Origin: Phoronis australis
Taxonomy: Eukaryota > Animalia > Phoronida
Assembly: GCA_002633005.1 (NCBI GenBank)
Contig: NMRA01000685.1
Span: 1-64,000, forward strand
Direction: 5' to 3'
Length of the DNA: 64,000 nt
Shown here: piece after piece, positions 62,630-64,000 of the stretch
Layout of the letters: each line of letters starts with the position of its first letter
How positions within the stretch are numbered: the stretch's first letter is position 1
The notes under the pieces: model-generated
What the model saw: only the letters and a program-made list of their open reading frames with translations
Database searches by the model: none
Told to the model about the DNA's origin: nothing
Translations under genes and position numbers: made by a program

Positions 62630-63190
62630 GTTGTGACTGTACGTACAGCCAGATAAAGCCTATCTAGTCTTAAGTCGCTTGCCAAGTGGCAATTGCCTCT
62701 TGCCTCTTGGCCGAATGGCTTAGACGGTTGGCCGTCTCTCGTGCAACCTGGGTTCAAGTGGCAATTGCCTCTTGCCTCTTGGCCGAATGGTTTAGATGGT
62801 TGGCCGTCTCTCGTGCAACCTGGGTTCAAGTCGCAGAGTCACTGAAATTTTTTACATTGGTGCCCAACCTGGGGCAAAAGGAAAGGGGCGACCTGGTAGT
62901 GGTGGATTCAGAGCACAAAGAGAGCGTTGCTAACGGCAAAATTCCAGGATACAGGGAAGTGTTGCTGAGTGCAAATTCCAGGACGCTAGGTTTTTGCTGA
63001 GATCTAATTAAAGCCAGGATGCGCGCCTGTTCCGCAGAAGGGGATTAATGTTGTGAAACTTGATTTCTGGTTGTGACGACACGTACAGCCAGGTAAAGCC
63101 TCTCTAAGTCGCTTGGCAAGCGGCAATTGCCTCTTGGGCGAATTATTTAGACGGTTGGCCATCGCTCGTGCAACCTGGATTCAAGTCACG
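62630..63190 (+). mobile_element. Cluster of tRNA-derived repeat heads: 72-bp tandem pair (62683-62831) plus a third copy (about 63075-63189)
   Basis: A box tggccgaatgg and B box ggttcaagt in each unit; no acceptor stem, so not a tRNA gene. Confidence 0.65.
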
Positions 63191-64000
63191 TTTCACAACA
63201 AAACACAGCTGGTACAAAAACTAGGCAAAATAGTGAAAGTCAGTTTTTCAGTTCACCATAGGCACAGCTCCATCTATATTAGCGGTCCTATCCTCTCACC
63301 ACGAAACTAAACTTCCAAATGCACTGTGCATAAGTTTTTCAATGCAACGTATTGTACCTATTGTTTGATATTGGCACATCTTTATCAATCCTATAGGCTG
63401 GAAGATTCTGTGCTAATTACGTTTAACCATTGCTAAATTATCGAACTCAAGTTACTGTGTGTTTCAAGTGTAGATGGACACCATTGATGGCAGTTGGAGC
63501 CTTTAAATCCTTCCTACTAAATTAAATACTCTCACAACCGGTATTTATTTACAAACAGTTCTTCATACCGTCACCGAACTTGAAACTTCCCATCACACTG
63601 AGAGGCTGCAGCATAGACTATAATCTCGTCTGTTATGGCCATTATCGAGAATTGAATTTCTTAAAAAAATTTTAAGGCTGCATTTCACCATTTAGCTTGC
63701 TAAAAATGAAAATCGAGTTAAGCATTTTACTCTTATAAATCGGTCACATGATATTCCTTGCATTGAGACCATGAGCAGCTCAAGAGATTGCCTTGATTTC
63801 CTGTGACTTGAGTTCCATAAGGAAATCAATATTATGAGACTGGTTTTATGACATTAAAATGCCTAATTCAATTTTCATTTTTGGCATGTTTAACAAGATG
63901 AAATGCAACTTTAGTCTTGATATTTGCCTCATGATGATATGAAACTGTTATTTACTCACACTATCATTAAATTTTTACAGGGTCAAAATGGTGTAGAATA

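Noticed and set aside
62683-62831. tRNA genes, or a 24-aa repeat protein
   Set aside because: A and B boxes are present but there is no acceptor stem or cloverleaf; the ORF repeat arises only because the period (72) is divisible by 3.

Overview
Animal (invertebrate-type, probably lophotrochozoan; inference only) genomic DNA with one 435-N gap. It holds three spliced genes that I reconstructed exon by exon with consistent splice phases: the 5' 12 coding exons of TRAPPC8 (minus strand, 628 codons, the rest not found in the window), complete TMEM231 (plus, 7 exons, 315 aa, last intron U12-type), and BBS4 (minus, 13 coding exons, about 581 aa). TRAPPC8 and TMEM231 are head-to-head; TMEM231 and BBS4 are tail-to-tail. 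Introns are filled with non-autonomous DNA transposons, a LINE fragment, tRNA-derived repeats and minisatellites. The most notable patterns are: (1) a Helentron/HINE-like element present five times, carrying phased (~145 bp) arrays of CTCF-consensus motifs, always in the same orientation relative to the host gene; (2) tandem duplications that copy splice sites in all three genes, plus an intronic minisatellite whose unit is a miniature donor-branch-acceptor cassette; (3) a minor-spliceosome intron in TMEM231; (4) back-to-back ~300-bp foldback elements just after TMEM231 exon 1. Most short ORFs in the supplied track are spurious.
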